This document shows positions 1 to 8,588 of a stretch of 32,000 bases of DNA, one piece after another (position 1 is the first letter of the stretch; each line of letters starts with the position of its first letter). This DNA comes from Methanothermobacter marburgensis str. Marburg (GTDB lineage: Archaea > Methanobacteriota > Methanobacteria > Methanobacteriales > Methanothermobacteraceae). The stretch covers positions 840,001-872,000 of the forward strand of contig NC_014408.1 in the NCBI RefSeq assembly GCF_000145295.1, in the 5' to 3' direction. The notes under the pieces are model-generated. The model worked only from the letters and a program-made list of their open reading frames with translations, did no database searches and was not told the origin of the DNA. Made by a program: the position numbers and the translations under genes.

Positions 1-3000
1 AGGCAGAGAAAGAGGGAAGGGCCATATTCAACCTATACCAGGGCGCCACAAACCCTGCTGTGAGTTCACTCCTTGAGGAACTCGCCCTTGGTGTTAACGG
101 TAAGGGACCCCTCACAAGGAGGATAGACGCGGTGATATCCCTCTACTCCTGGTCACTCAACTACGCCAACCTGCCATCAGGTGGGGCGGTTGCAGAGTTT
201 GAGAGGATAAACATCCCTGTGATCAAGGGGGTGCAGCTATACAGCAACTCAAGCCTCACAAACCCGCTGGGTGCCCAGTACGAATGGACATGGCAGGTCA
301 CGATACCCGGGTTCGAGGGTGTCTTCTCACCCATCGTTGTATCCTACACCGACGCATCATGGAACGAAGTTGTGGTACAGCCCGGCGTTGAGAAGATCGT
401 CAAACTGGCCGATGCCTGGGCAAGGCTCAGGGAACTCAGTAATGCAGATAAGAAAATCGCGGTGATACTCTACAGCTACCCGCCGGGTAAGGATGGGTTT
501 ACGGCATCATACCTGGACGTCTTCAGGAGCCTCCACGACCTCCTGGTGAAGCTCAACGAGACAGGGTACCGGGTTGAAAGGATACCCGACGTGGAGGAGC
601 TCTACAGGATAGTCTCAGAGTTTGGTAACAAGGGGACCTGGGCCCAGCCACTCCTTGAAAGGTACGTGAGTGAGCACAGGGCAGAACTGCAGGCCAGCGG
701 ACAGCTCCTTGATGTGCAGAAATACCTGGAATGGTTCAGCAAACTCCCTGAAAAACTCAGGTCAGAGGTCATATCAAAATGGGGGACCGCACCAGGCAAC
801 ATAATGACGGTGAACGGCAGCATCGTGATACCGGGTATAATGCTGGGGAACATCTTCGTGACGGTCCAGCCGGCACGTGGATGGGACGAGGTCACAGACT
901 ACCACAACCCCTACCTGCCACCACACCACCAGTACATAGCCTTCTACAGGTGGCTGGAGAACGTCTTCATGGCAAACGCAATGATACACCTTGGAACCCA
1001 CGGGACACTGGAGTTCCTCCCTGGAAGGATGATAGGGCTCATGGAGGATGACTGGCCATTCCAGCTCACAGGGATACCCAACATCTACCCCTACATAGTC
1101 TCAAATCCAGGGGAGGGTATGGTTGCAAAGGACCGGAGCGGGGCACTCATAATCGACCACATGACCCCTGCAATGGTTGAGAGCGGACTGTACGGTAAAC
1201 TCATTGAGATACATGACCTCATCCACCAGTACGAGAACGCCCTAAAGGTTGGTAACAGCCAGATACTCCCAGCCCTTGAGTCCCAGATCAGATCCAGAGC
1301 CTCAGAGATGGGCTTCAACATGTCAGGAAACTTCACAGATGCCCTGGAGAGGCTTCACCTCAGTCTCCATGAGATAGAATCAGACATAATCCCCCTGGGA
1401 CTTCACAGTCTCGGAAGGGTGCTTGAGGGTGAGGAGCTGGTTGAGGAGGTTCTCACCATAGCATCATCAAGGTCAGAGTTCCTGGAGAACATCAGGAAAA
1501 CCATTTACCCATCAAAGCCAGCCTACACTGAAATGCTTAAGGACCCCCTGAGATACAGCGACGAGATAGCCTCGGTTAAGAACCTTGCACGGACATGGAT
1601 CAGGAACATCATAAACGGCACTGCCCCTGCAGGTATAAACGGCACCGACCTTGAATTCATCAATGAGACAATCAGAAAGATACGTGGAAACACCGAATGG
1701 CAGAGCCTGCTTTCAGCCCTTGGAGGGGGCTTTGTGAGGCCAGGCCTTGCAGGTGACCCTGCATGGTGTGATGTGCTTCCAACAGGCGCCAACTTCTACG
1801 CCACCAACCCCAAGAAGATGCCAACAAAGGCCGCCTGGGAGACCGCAAAGAGAATCACAGACACCCTCCTTGCAGAGTACTACATGAAGCACGGAAAATT
1901 CCCTGAACTCGTCGGAATGGTGATGTGGGGTACAGAGCTTCTGAGGACCGATGGTGTTGCCATTGCAGAGTTCATGTACCTCCTTGGGGTTAAGCCACAG
2001 TGGAACACCAACGGTGACGTCAAACCGGAACCTGTCCTCATGGACGCATCAGAACTCAAGATCACAGTGAACGGCGTTGAGATACCAAGGCCACGCATCG
2101 ACGTATTTGTAACTGCTGTCACAGGTAACCAGCTCTGGATAGACCTCATGAACGCAGCTGTTAAGATGGCTGCAGAGGCAAATGACACCGAAAACTATGT
2201 TAAGAGGCACTACAGTGAATGCGGCTCACTGGACCGTGTATTCGGACTCAGGGGCCTTGTACTTGAGGGTACAGGGGTATCAGATATGACACCGGCAACC
2301 TCAAGGTGGAATACCAGCGCTGAACTTGCAGATGTCTACCTCTCAAGGGTCTCCTATGCCTGGAGGTCAACCCCTGGGGGAGTGGATATACAGCAGAACA
2401 GGGGCACCTTCCAGTATCTCCTGGGTAAGGTGAACCTCGTGACACAGAACCTGGACAGCACCTGGAGGCTCATTGACACAGACGACTACTATGACTGGTT
2501 CGGTGGAATGGTCCTTGCATCACGCCACCTCGGCGGCAACCCTGACACTGCACTGGTGGATATACGGAACAGGAACACAGTCACAGTTAGGACCGTTGCA
2601 GAGGAGATTGAACTTGAGGTGAGATCCCAGCTACTCAACCCGCGCTACATGGACTCACTCCTCAGCTCACCAAGCGGCTGGCTGGAATACGCCTCAAGGT
2701 ACAAGAATGTGTTCGGTGTGGCCGTCACAACGGGTGCTGTGAGCAATGAACTGTGGAACCAGCTTGCAGTGAACCTCCTGAGTGACAGATTCAGGGCATC
2801 AAGGGACTATGAGGCCGTTGCAACCCAGTCAATGATTGCCTGGGTACTTGAGGCTGCAAGGCGGAACATCTGGAATGCAGATAAGGCTGTCCTGCGGAAC
2901 CTTGCAAACCGCTACATTGAACTTGCCGGGCAGTATGGTGTGGTGTGCTGCCATCATACCTGTGCAAACATAGTCTTCAATAACTGGGTTGTTAAGGTCT

Positions 3001-3386
3001 CCTCAGTCAACCAGGCGTCCCTCAAAAGGTTTGCCGCAGCCCTTGCAGCTGCAACAGGCGCATCAGTCAATGTACCACAGGAAGGAGGTTCAGAGAATCC
3101 CGATCATTCAGGTTCAGATAGCAACGGTGAGAGCGCAGGGATGACAGGGCAGAGACCCTCAGGTTCATCAGGTGAATCATACAGTGGATCATCCGGTTCA
3201 GCGGCTGAAAGTCAGAGTTCAGCTACCCCTGGTGAAACAGAAAAGGGTGCTGAATCAGGTAAAGCCTATGAGGTTTCAGCATCAACCCAGAGCGGATCAT
3301 CAGAAACCCAGGTGCCACTTTACGCACTTCTCGGTGTTGTGGCCCTTGTGTTCCTGGTGGGATTCGGTTACTGGAGGGGCAGATAA
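1..3386 (+). CDS. cobN: CobN/Mg-chelatase-family large subunit homologue, 5'-truncated by the window edge, with a C-terminal Ser/Gly/Glu-rich linker and a single TM anchor
   Basis: The reading frame stays open from base 3 to the GTG at 60, so the gene starts upstream of the window. Family-typical motifs are HLGTHGTLEFLPG and NIYPYIVSNPGEGMVAKDRSGALIIDHMTP. The C-terminus has an S/G/E-rich tract of about 80 aa (nt ~3079-3320), then the hydrophobic helix LYALLGVVALVFLVGFGYW followed by RGR. Confidence 0.85.
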   Translation, partial: AEKEGRAIFNLYQGATNPAVSSLLEELALGVNGKGPLTRRIDAVISLYSWSLNYANLPSGGAVAEFERINIPVIKGVQLYSNSSLTNPLGAQYEWTWQVTIPGFEGVFSPIVVSYTDASWNEVVVQPGVEKIVKLADAWARLRELSNADKKIAVILYSYPPGKDGFTASYLDVFRSLHDLLVKLNETGYRVERIPDVEELYRIVSEFGNKGTWAQPLLERYVSEHRAELQASGQLLDVQKYLEWFSKLPEKLRSEVISKWGTAPGNIMTVNGSIVIPGIMLGNIFVTVQPARGWDEVTDYHNPYLPPHHQYIAFYRWLENVFMANAMIHLGTHGTLEFLPGRMIGLMEDDWPFQLTGIPNIYPYIVSNPGEGMVAKDRSGALIIDHMTPAMVESGLYGKLIEIHDLIHQYENALKVGNSQILPALESQIRSRASEMGFNMSGNFTDALERLHLSLHEIESDIIPLGLHSLGRVLEGEELVEEVLTIASSRSEFLENIRKTIYPSKPAYTEMLKDPLRYSDEIASVKNLARTWIRNIINGTAPAGINGTDLEFINETIRKIRGNTEWQSLLSALGGGFVRPGLAGDPAWCDVLPTGANFYATNPKKMPTKAAWETAKRITDTLLAEYYMKHGKFPELVGMVMWGTELLRTDGVAIAEFMYLLGVKPQWNTNGDVKPEPVLMDASELKITVNGVEIPRPRIDVFVTAVTGNQLWIDLMNAAVKMAAEANDTENYVKRHYSECGSLDRVFGLRGLVLEGTGVSDMTPATSRWNTSAELADVYLSRVSYAWRSTPGGVDIQQNRGTFQYLLGKVNLVTQNLDSTWRLIDTDDYYDWFGGMVLASRHLGGNPDTALVDIRNRNTVTVRTVAEEIELEVRSQLLNPRYMDSLLSSPSGWLEYASRYKNVFGVAVTTGAVSNELWNQLAVNLLSDRFRASRDYEAVATQSMIAWVLEAARRNIWNADKAVLRNLANRYIELAGQYGVVCCHHTCANIVFNNWVVKVSSVNQASLKRFAAALAAATGASVNVPQEGGSENPDHSGSDSNGESAGMTGQRPSGSSGESYSGSSGSAAESQSSATPGETEKGAESGKAYEVSASTQSGSSETQVPLYALLGVVALVFLVGFGYWRGR

Positions 3387-3391
3387 CCCTA

Positions 3392-3407
3392 TTTTATTTT
3401 TTTTATT
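3392..3407. terminator. Oligo-T/A tract between convergent genes; possible bidirectional archaeal terminator
   Basis: TTTTATTTTTTTTATT lies directly after the cobN-like stop (3384-3386) and just before the 3' end of the minus-strand ATPase gene (3417). No hairpin is present. Confidence 0.35.
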
Positions 3408-3416
3408 GAATGAAAA

Positions 3417-4292
3417 CTAGATACACCCCGTCTGATTCTCAAGTTCAACAATGACCCTTCTGAGGAGCTCTGAGTCGAGATTCCATTTATCCCCATGAAG
3501 CTCAATGAGGCCCCGAAGTTCAAGTTCCTCAAGTTCGCTGCTCCCTGCAGGTATTTCATCCCCTCCAAGGGGGCCCTCCTTTAAAAGACTCAATATATTC
3601 TTTTCCCTCAGGGTTAGGCTGTTAAGTTCAGCGATCCATGGGAAGGCTATCTGCTGAAACTTTGCCTTGAAGTTCTCCTCAAGGAGCACGGGGCCGTATA
3701 TGATTCCATCTGATAGTACATTCAGGAAGCTGTCAATGAATAGAGGCATACCATCTGTGACCTCATGGATATATTCTATTCCAGCCCTGACAGCCCTGAA
3801 ACCCGGTGCCTTGAGGCTGATGTACCTCTCTGTGTCTCTTTCTGTGAGGGGTGGCACCTCAACAACAGCCGCCCCTGGGAGTTCCTCCTGAATATCCCTG
3901 ATAAGTCCCTCGCTGTACCTCACTGCCACAGCACACCGCATGCAGTGCAGCTGCGACATCTTCCATGCATCAATTATGGATGACTTCTCAGGGGGCATGC
4001 TGTCAAGGAGCACATTCCACTCCACGGTTCTTGCAAGAACAGTTATCCTCCTGAAGTCAGGTATGCCCTCATGGGTCCTTCTGATATCGGTGCACCTCAT
4101 ATCAATGAAGGTTGTTCTTGTGGAGTTTTCCTCCTGGATTCTCCTGAGAATAGCGGTTTTTCCTGAGCCCATCTTACCCGTCACAACCACAAAGCCGGGG
4201 TCATTGAGGGCTTCATTAATCCTTCTTATCTCCTTTTCTCTTCCAAAAAAATCGTTTGTCCTGTTTAAAGAGATTATGGGCATTGAGGACAC
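3417..4292 (-). CDS. Archaeal-type (ORC/STAND-like) P-loop ATPase with a C-terminal wHTH-like domain; probably degenerate Walker B
   Basis: FFGREKEIRRINEAL is followed by the Walker A VVVTGKMGSGKTAIL, and VVEVPPLTERDTERYI is typical of the 'ATPase domain predominantly from Archaea' layout. I see no hhhhDE Walker B; the nearest match is WNVLLDS. The C-terminal LTLREKNILSLL...LELRGLIE looks like a wHTH. The gene lies 40 nt downstream of the CARF gene on the same strand. Confidence 0.8.
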   Translation of the reverse strand: MSSMPIISLNRTNDFFGREKEIRRINEALNDPGFVVVTGKMGSGKTAILRRIQEENSTRTTFIDMRCTDIRRTHEGIPDFRRITVLARTVEWNVLLDSMPPEKSSIIDAWKMSQLHCMRCAVAVRYSEGLIRDIQEELPGAAVVEVPPLTERDTERYISLKAPGFRAVRAGIEYIHEVTDGMPLFIDSFLNVLSDGIIYGPVLLEENFKAKFQQIAFPWIAELNSLTLREKNILSLLKEGPLGGDEIPAGSSELEELELRGLIELHGDKWNLDSELLRRVIVELENQTGCI

Positions 4293-4332
4293 TTTAATTC
4301 CTTATAGGTTAAGATGTGTCCATGAAAATGAT

Positions 4333-4935
4333 TTAAAGCACTGCAAGTTCGCCTGCAGAGGTTATTTCAAGTTTTTCACGGTCTATGAACCCCATGTCAC
4401 GGAGTTCCCTTATGTGGTTGTATGTCATCCCCCTGCTTATACCTATCTTGACTGCAAGGTTCTTAACCGATGTTTCACCGGCCTTGAGTTCCTCAAGGAC
4501 CTGTTTCTTGGTCTTGGAGATCCCGAAGCTCAGTATTGGGAGGTCTATGAGTTCACTGTCCTCCTCGGTCACGTACACTATGCGCTGGACATCATGGTTC
4601 CTGGCATAGCAGCCAAAGAGTGCACCGAGTGCCTGGGTCTTCCTGCCACCGCTTATGTTAACCACAACACGCCTTCCGTTGGCCCTTTCCTCATCTATGA
4701 TCTCAACCATGTCCTTTGCAATGGTGACAACATCATAAAGGCTTGTCTCAAATGTCGTTATCTCAACGAAGTTGCCCAGGGTGTCTCTGAGGACCTGTTC
4801 GACCTGTTCCTTCTCCCTTGGCGCCTTATCCTCCTTGAGCAGTACAACCTTCTTTGGTGAGAACTGTGTTATGCAGAACATCACCGGCTCAATGGAGTAT
4901 ATTGTGGATATCAGCGTTGTATCCATTATTATCAC
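4333..4935 (-). CDS. csa3: Csa3-like regulator: N-terminal CARF domain plus C-terminal winged HTH (CRISPR-locus-related DNA-binding protein family)
   Basis: A Rossmann-like N-terminus carries [15 protein letters not shown], a CARF-type GG-R/K-T loop. The C-terminus [30 protein letters not shown] is an HTH. The ORF opens at GTG 4935, but ATG at 4926 ([11 protein letters not shown]...) is the likelier start. Confidence 0.8.
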   Translation of the reverse strand: MIIMDTTLISTIYSIEPVMFCITQFSPKKVVLLKEDKAPREKEQVEQVLRDTLGNFVEITTFETSLYDVVTIAKDMVEIIDEERANGRRVVVNISGGRKTQALGALFGCYARNHDVQRIVYVTEEDSELIDLPILSFGISKTKKQVLEELKAGETSVKNLAVKIGISRGMTYNHIRELRDMGFIDREKLEITSAGELAVL

Positions 4936-5293
4936 GTCCCTTAAGTTTTCCTATCCCAAAGATTTGTTCAGGGAAAACAATTCATTACATATGGTGTTAT
5001 CTTATTCTGATTATTCTATATATATTTTCCTCTATACAGATTGACATTCAGAAATGACTCCTTTTTTATTCTGAATCCTGGATATCTTGTAAGGTGTCAG
5101 TTAAAAGAGGGATATCCCACCTTACATTACACCGAATTTGCTCATACCATTCAGATGATGGGTGCTTTATGATGATTGCGCCATCATATGTCATGAGGTA
5201 TAATGAAGTTAATGGGTGAATGCAGAAAATTCATGATGAAAAATTGTACCACAATTCTTAAAAAATTTATTAATGTAAATGAAAACATTAACA

Positions 5294-5301
5294 TTTAAAT
5301 A
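5294..5301 (+). promoter_or_regulatory. TATA-box candidate (TTTAAATA) for the DUF2085 gene
   Basis: An AT-rich box sits about 60 nt upstream of ATG 5361. This is consistent with an archaeal TATA about 25 nt upstream of a TSS plus a short leader. Confidence 0.3.
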
Positions 5302-5360
5302 TAATGAGGTACTGATTAATTAATTGTCCTGATTGACATTTTAGAGATGGTGTTGTCCAT

Positions 5361-5687
5361 ATGAAACTGAAGTATCTGTGCCACAGAAAACCAGAGAGAA
5401 CATTTTCAGTAAGAGGTCACTATTTTCCTGTATGTTCAAGGTGTACGGGCATATATATGGGTGCATTTGCATACTTCCTATACGCATACCTCACAGTGAT
5501 TGAATATGACATCACACTGATAATAGTGGCGTTACTTATGATGGTGCCAACATTTCTAGACGGATTCACACAGCTGCTTGGTTACAGGGAAAGCAACAAT
5601 CTTCTGCGATTTTCAACAGGTCTTGCAGCCGGTGTGGGAATGGGTATACTCACAAAGGCACTGAAGTACTTCATACTCCATCTCTGA
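5361..5687 (+). CDS. DUF2085-family integral membrane protein
   Basis: The N-terminal CHRKPERTFSVRGHYFPVCSRCTGIYMG motif is characteristic of DUF2085, and several TM helices follow. Confidence 0.8.
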   Translation: MKLKYLCHRKPERTFSVRGHYFPVCSRCTGIYMGAFAYFLYAYLTVIEYDITLIIVALLMMVPTFLDGFTQLLGYRESNNLLRFSTGLAAGVGMGILTKALKYFILHL

Positions 5688-5718
5688 ACAATTATGGATC
5701 AAAAAAGAGGTTGATAAA

Positions 5719-6195
5719 ATGAGCTGGTGGGATGAACAGAGTTCAGCAACCAGGGCAGGTGTTATCATCGGGGCACTGTGTCTTGGTTTTATACTTGTTG
5801 TTGCAATAGGTGGGATGATGTCGCCAGATAACACCGCTACTGAAGCGCCCAGTGCAGAAAAATCAAACACACAGGCCCAATCTGAAATCAGGGTTGAGGA
5901 TATTGAAGTCGTCTCAGAGGGCTATGGAAGTTACTCTGTGAAGGGAAAGATCACGCCACTCAAGGACTTCTCCTACCTTGAGATGCATCTTAAGTGGTAT
6001 GACTCAGAGGGAAACCTGCTTTACGACAATCCACTCGCATGGAACATCAATGATGCGAAAGCAGGTCAGCCAGTTAAATTCAGCACCATGGACATCATTG
6101 ACTCAGGAACCCCCGTGAAGGTTGAACTGCTGGTATTCACTGATCTGGCGACTGACGATGACTCGGCCATATACAGAACAACCCTGAATGTCTGA
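5719..6195 (+). CDS. N-terminally anchored exported beta-rich protein, FxLYD-domain-like
   Basis: A GAGGT SD lies 8 nt before the ATG. The TM helix is GVIIGALCLGFILVVAIGG. The extracellular part contains WYDSEGNLLYD, which resembles the FxLYD motif. Confidence 0.7.
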   Translation: MSWWDEQSSATRAGVIIGALCLGFILVVAIGGMMSPDNTATEAPSAEKSNTQAQSEIRVEDIEVVSEGYGSYSVKGKITPLKDFSYLEMHLKWYDSEGNLLYDNPLAWNINDAKAGQPVKFSTMDIIDSGTPVKVELLVFTDLATDDDSAIYRTTLNV

Positions 6196-6210
6196 TGGAG
6201 GTGAATTGTA

Positions 6211-6525
6211 ATGAGTGATGCTGTAGAAACATCAAGGACACTTGAACTTGTCCTTGGGATAATTGGGGCGATCTTCGGTTTGCTTGGAGGTCTTTTTGCC
6301 ATCGTACTTTCGGTTTTCGGCTCTGAACTCCTCTATCTGGGTATCAGTGCAATACTGGCCTCCATTGTGGGGATCATAGGATCAGTATATGTGAGGAACA
6401 ACCCCAGAAGGGGCGGTGTGATCCTAATAGTCAGTGCTATCTGGCTTCTTATAAGCATATCTGCCTATGCAATCCCTGGAACAGTTTTCCTTGGTATCGC
6501 AGGTATTCTCGGGCTGATAAGATAG
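6211..6525 (+). CDS. Small integral membrane protein (3 predicted TM helices), function unknown
   Basis: A strong GGAGGTGA SD sits at 6197-6204. The protein is almost entirely hydrophobic G/I/L-rich helices. Confidence 0.7.
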   Translation: MSDAVETSRTLELVLGIIGAIFGLLGGLFAIVLSVFGSELLYLGISAILASIVGIIGSVYVRNNPRRGGVILIVSAIWLLISISAYAIPGTVFLGIAGILGLIR

Positions 6526-6553
6526 CCCCCATTTTATTTTTTTAACTGGAGGT

Positions 6554-7243
6554 GTGCATTTGAAAAGGTGCTCAAACTGTGGATCAGAAAACAGGAGAAA
6601 TGCTGTCTTCTGTTCCAGCTGCGGGTTTAAACTTAACTCAGGGGGGAGTAACAGCTGGTGGAAAAAGCAGAGCCAGACATCAAAGGTCCTAATAGCGATT
6701 ACAATCCCATTTATCCTGATTATTGCCATTGCGATTACAGCAACCGTATTTAGCGATTACGGTACTGAATCCGATTATGATAGTGTCGATGCAACTGGAG
6801 GGTCAGCGTTAACAGAATCATACCTAAATAAGTTCAAGGGCAATGGAATCTCATTCAGTTACCCCAAGACATGGACTATCTACACACCAGAAGATAAGAG
6901 TTCAGATGCCGTCGTTGATCTCAAATCTTATGATATGGGTATAAACTCCATCATGACCGTCTATAAAAAACCCTACACCCTTGATGCTGAAGCACTAAGG
7001 GACATCTGGCTTGAGGTATGTTATGAAAAAGGGGACACCGTGGAATATGTGAAGGAAATCAAGGTTGATGGCAACCGGGCATATGCCATAAAATCATTTT
7101 ATTATTCAAATGGATGCGGAGAGCATGAGTACATTGTATTCACAGACGGCACATATGAATACTCCTTGCTTTTCACATCTGATGACATCTCACTTATACA
7201 GGATGATATAGACACAATTATAAGGAGTTTCAGGGTTGAGTGA
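6554..7243 (+). CDS. Zinc-ribbon / TM / extracellular-domain protein
   Basis: The N-terminal double CxxC ribbon is CSNCGSENRRNAVFCSSCG, followed by the TM helix VLIAITIPFILIIAIAITATVF and an exported alpha/beta domain (GISFSYPKTWTIY...). GGAGGTG at 6548-6554 favours TTG 6560 (MKRCSNCG) as the true start. Confidence 0.75.
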   Translation: MHLKRCSNCGSENRRNAVFCSSCGFKLNSGGSNSWWKKQSQTSKVLIAITIPFILIIAIAITATVFSDYGTESDYDSVDATGGSALTESYLNKFKGNGISFSYPKTWTIYTPEDKSSDAVVDLKSYDMGINSIMTVYKKPYTLDAEALRDIWLEVCYEKGDTVEYVKEIKVDGNRAYAIKSFYYSNGCGEHEYIVFTDGTYEYSLLFTSDDISLIQDDIDTIIRSFRVE

Positions 7244-7799
7244 TATGGATTCCGACAGGATGATTCCGGTTATTGCAGCGGTTATGGTGGCTCTTCTGTT
7301 GACAGCCGGTGCACTGCAGCTACTCAGGGGTAGCAGTGTTCCAGAAGATAAAGATGAAGCGGCAACAGTTGAAAAAACCTCAGATGGATACCAGCTGAAC
7401 CTTCAGGCTGTCCTTGAACTTGCAGAGATGGACTCAGGTAACGGTACAGTAGAATACAGGGGATTCAACTTCACAGGCCCCCAGTTACTATACATCTTTG
7501 CAAGGGGGGTTGTGATGCTGGAACTCAATGAGACAGGAAAGATCCATGTGGGTGAATACAGTGGCCCTGAGGACCCCTATGGATTCATGGATACCGTTAC
7601 CCTTACAAGGAGCGAATACACCGATATGGCGGAGCGCACATACACATGGATGGACGCCAATGGCAGAAGCCCCAACCATGTTGGTATCTATGTTGAGGGA
7701 TCCCCCGACATAACCCCATCCCTTGCAAGGAAGATCTTCAGACAGGTTCTGGTTGAATACAGGAGGACAGGGACTCTACCTGAAGTGGTGAGTGCCTAA
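7236..7799 (+). CDS. Membrane-anchored protein with a pseudomurein-binding-repeat (PMBR)-like segment
   Basis: The TM helix is MIPVIAAVMVALLLTAGAL. LTRSEYTDMAERTYTWMDANGRSPNHVGI...ITPSLARKIFRQVL matches, from memory, the PMBR pattern (A-x-R-V-x-x-Y-x-E-x-N-x-R-x-P-N-x-V). The gene overlaps the upstream gene by 8 nt. Confidence 0.7.
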   Translation: MSDMDSDRMIPVIAAVMVALLLTAGALQLLRGSSVPEDKDEAATVEKTSDGYQLNLQAVLELAEMDSGNGTVEYRGFNFTGPQLLYIFARGVVMLELNETGKIHVGEYSGPEDPYGFMDTVTLTRSEYTDMAERTYTWMDANGRSPNHVGIYVEGSPDITPSLARKIFRQVLVEYRRTGTLPEVVSA

Positions 7800-7901
7800 T
7801 ACCCTTTTCTTTTTATAGAAAACTAATAACCATTGTTGAATAAACAAACTTTTATCCTCAAACTATCAAATGGGAAAATAGTGTACTAATGGAAGTTCAG
7901 T

Positions 7902-8588
7902 ATGCAGAGAAAATTGATCCTATCACTCATAATCACAGGAGCCCTAATCACGGTTTACCTGCTGAACCCCTCCCTCCACAGCACAGATAGGAACGAAGCT
8001 GTGGTTCTCGGCTCTGATAAGATGGGCACAGTTGAGAAACTTGGACCCTACGGGAACAGGGACTCAGAGGTGAAAATAGCCTACATAACAGGAGTCCACC
8101 CCCTTGAGAGGGACTCCCACAGGGCATTGCTGCAGGCCCTTGAGGAGAACCAGGATAAACTGAGGTACACGTACTTCGTATACCGGGTCAACGTTACATT
8201 TAAGCCGGAGGACTATGAAAAGGGGAGGATGGCAGGACAGCTCCTTGCACGAAGATACGTGGTTCCCGATGTATCCCGGGACAACTACAGCCTCGCAGTT
8301 GATGTGCACTCCAACAGGGGCAACTATGGTATGAGGAGGTTCGTTTTCACTCCACTCCCCCATGATCAAAGCAGGGTGATAGCCCTGAAACTTGCATCCA
8401 GGATCAGCTGGCTATCCTACTACTTCCCTGAGTCACAGACAAGCCCCGCCTATGTAACGGAACCCATAATTCAGGGGGGAACACCCGCCATACTGTATGA
8501 GAACTACATGTACCAGGACTACTCAAGAACCCTGGAACATGCCAGGGAGTTTGTAATAACCCTTGACTCCACTGACATCCCCTCATAA
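7902..8588 (+). CDS. Signal-anchored exported protein with an HxxE...H motif; possible zinc hydrolase or amidase (function speculative)
   Basis: The N-terminal hydrophobic anchor is LILSLIITGALITVYLL. The motifs ITGVHPLERDSH and AVDVHSNRG resemble the metal-ligand arrangement of M14/AstE-like or gamma-glutamyl hydrolase-like enzymes. This is motif-level evidence only. Confidence 0.65.
   Translation: MQRKLILSLIITGALITVYLLNPSLHSTDRNEAVVLGSDKMGTVEKLGPYGNRDSEVKIAYITGVHPLERDSHRALLQALEENQDKLRYTYFVYRVNVTFKPEDYEKGRMAGQLLARRYVVPDVSRDNYSLAVDVHSNRGNYGMRRFVFTPLPHDQSRVIALKLASRISWLSYYFPESQTSPAYVTEPIIQGGTPAILYENYMYQDYSRTLEHAREFVITLDSTDIPS

Noticed and set aside
3940-4860. A 306-aa plus-strand ORF spanning both the ATPase and CARF genes.
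   Set aside because: It is antisense to two motif-supported minus-strand genes and runs across their intergenic gap. Its composition is Leu/Ser/Phe/Cys-rich shadow-frame sequence with no recognisable motif or SD.
5039-5340. An exact 10-bp direct repeat, GATTGACATT, at 5039-5048 and 5331-5340, flanking the divergent intergenic region.
   Set aside because: Hundreds of chance 10-mer repeat pairs are expected in a 32-kb window, and there is no extended similarity beyond the 10 bp.
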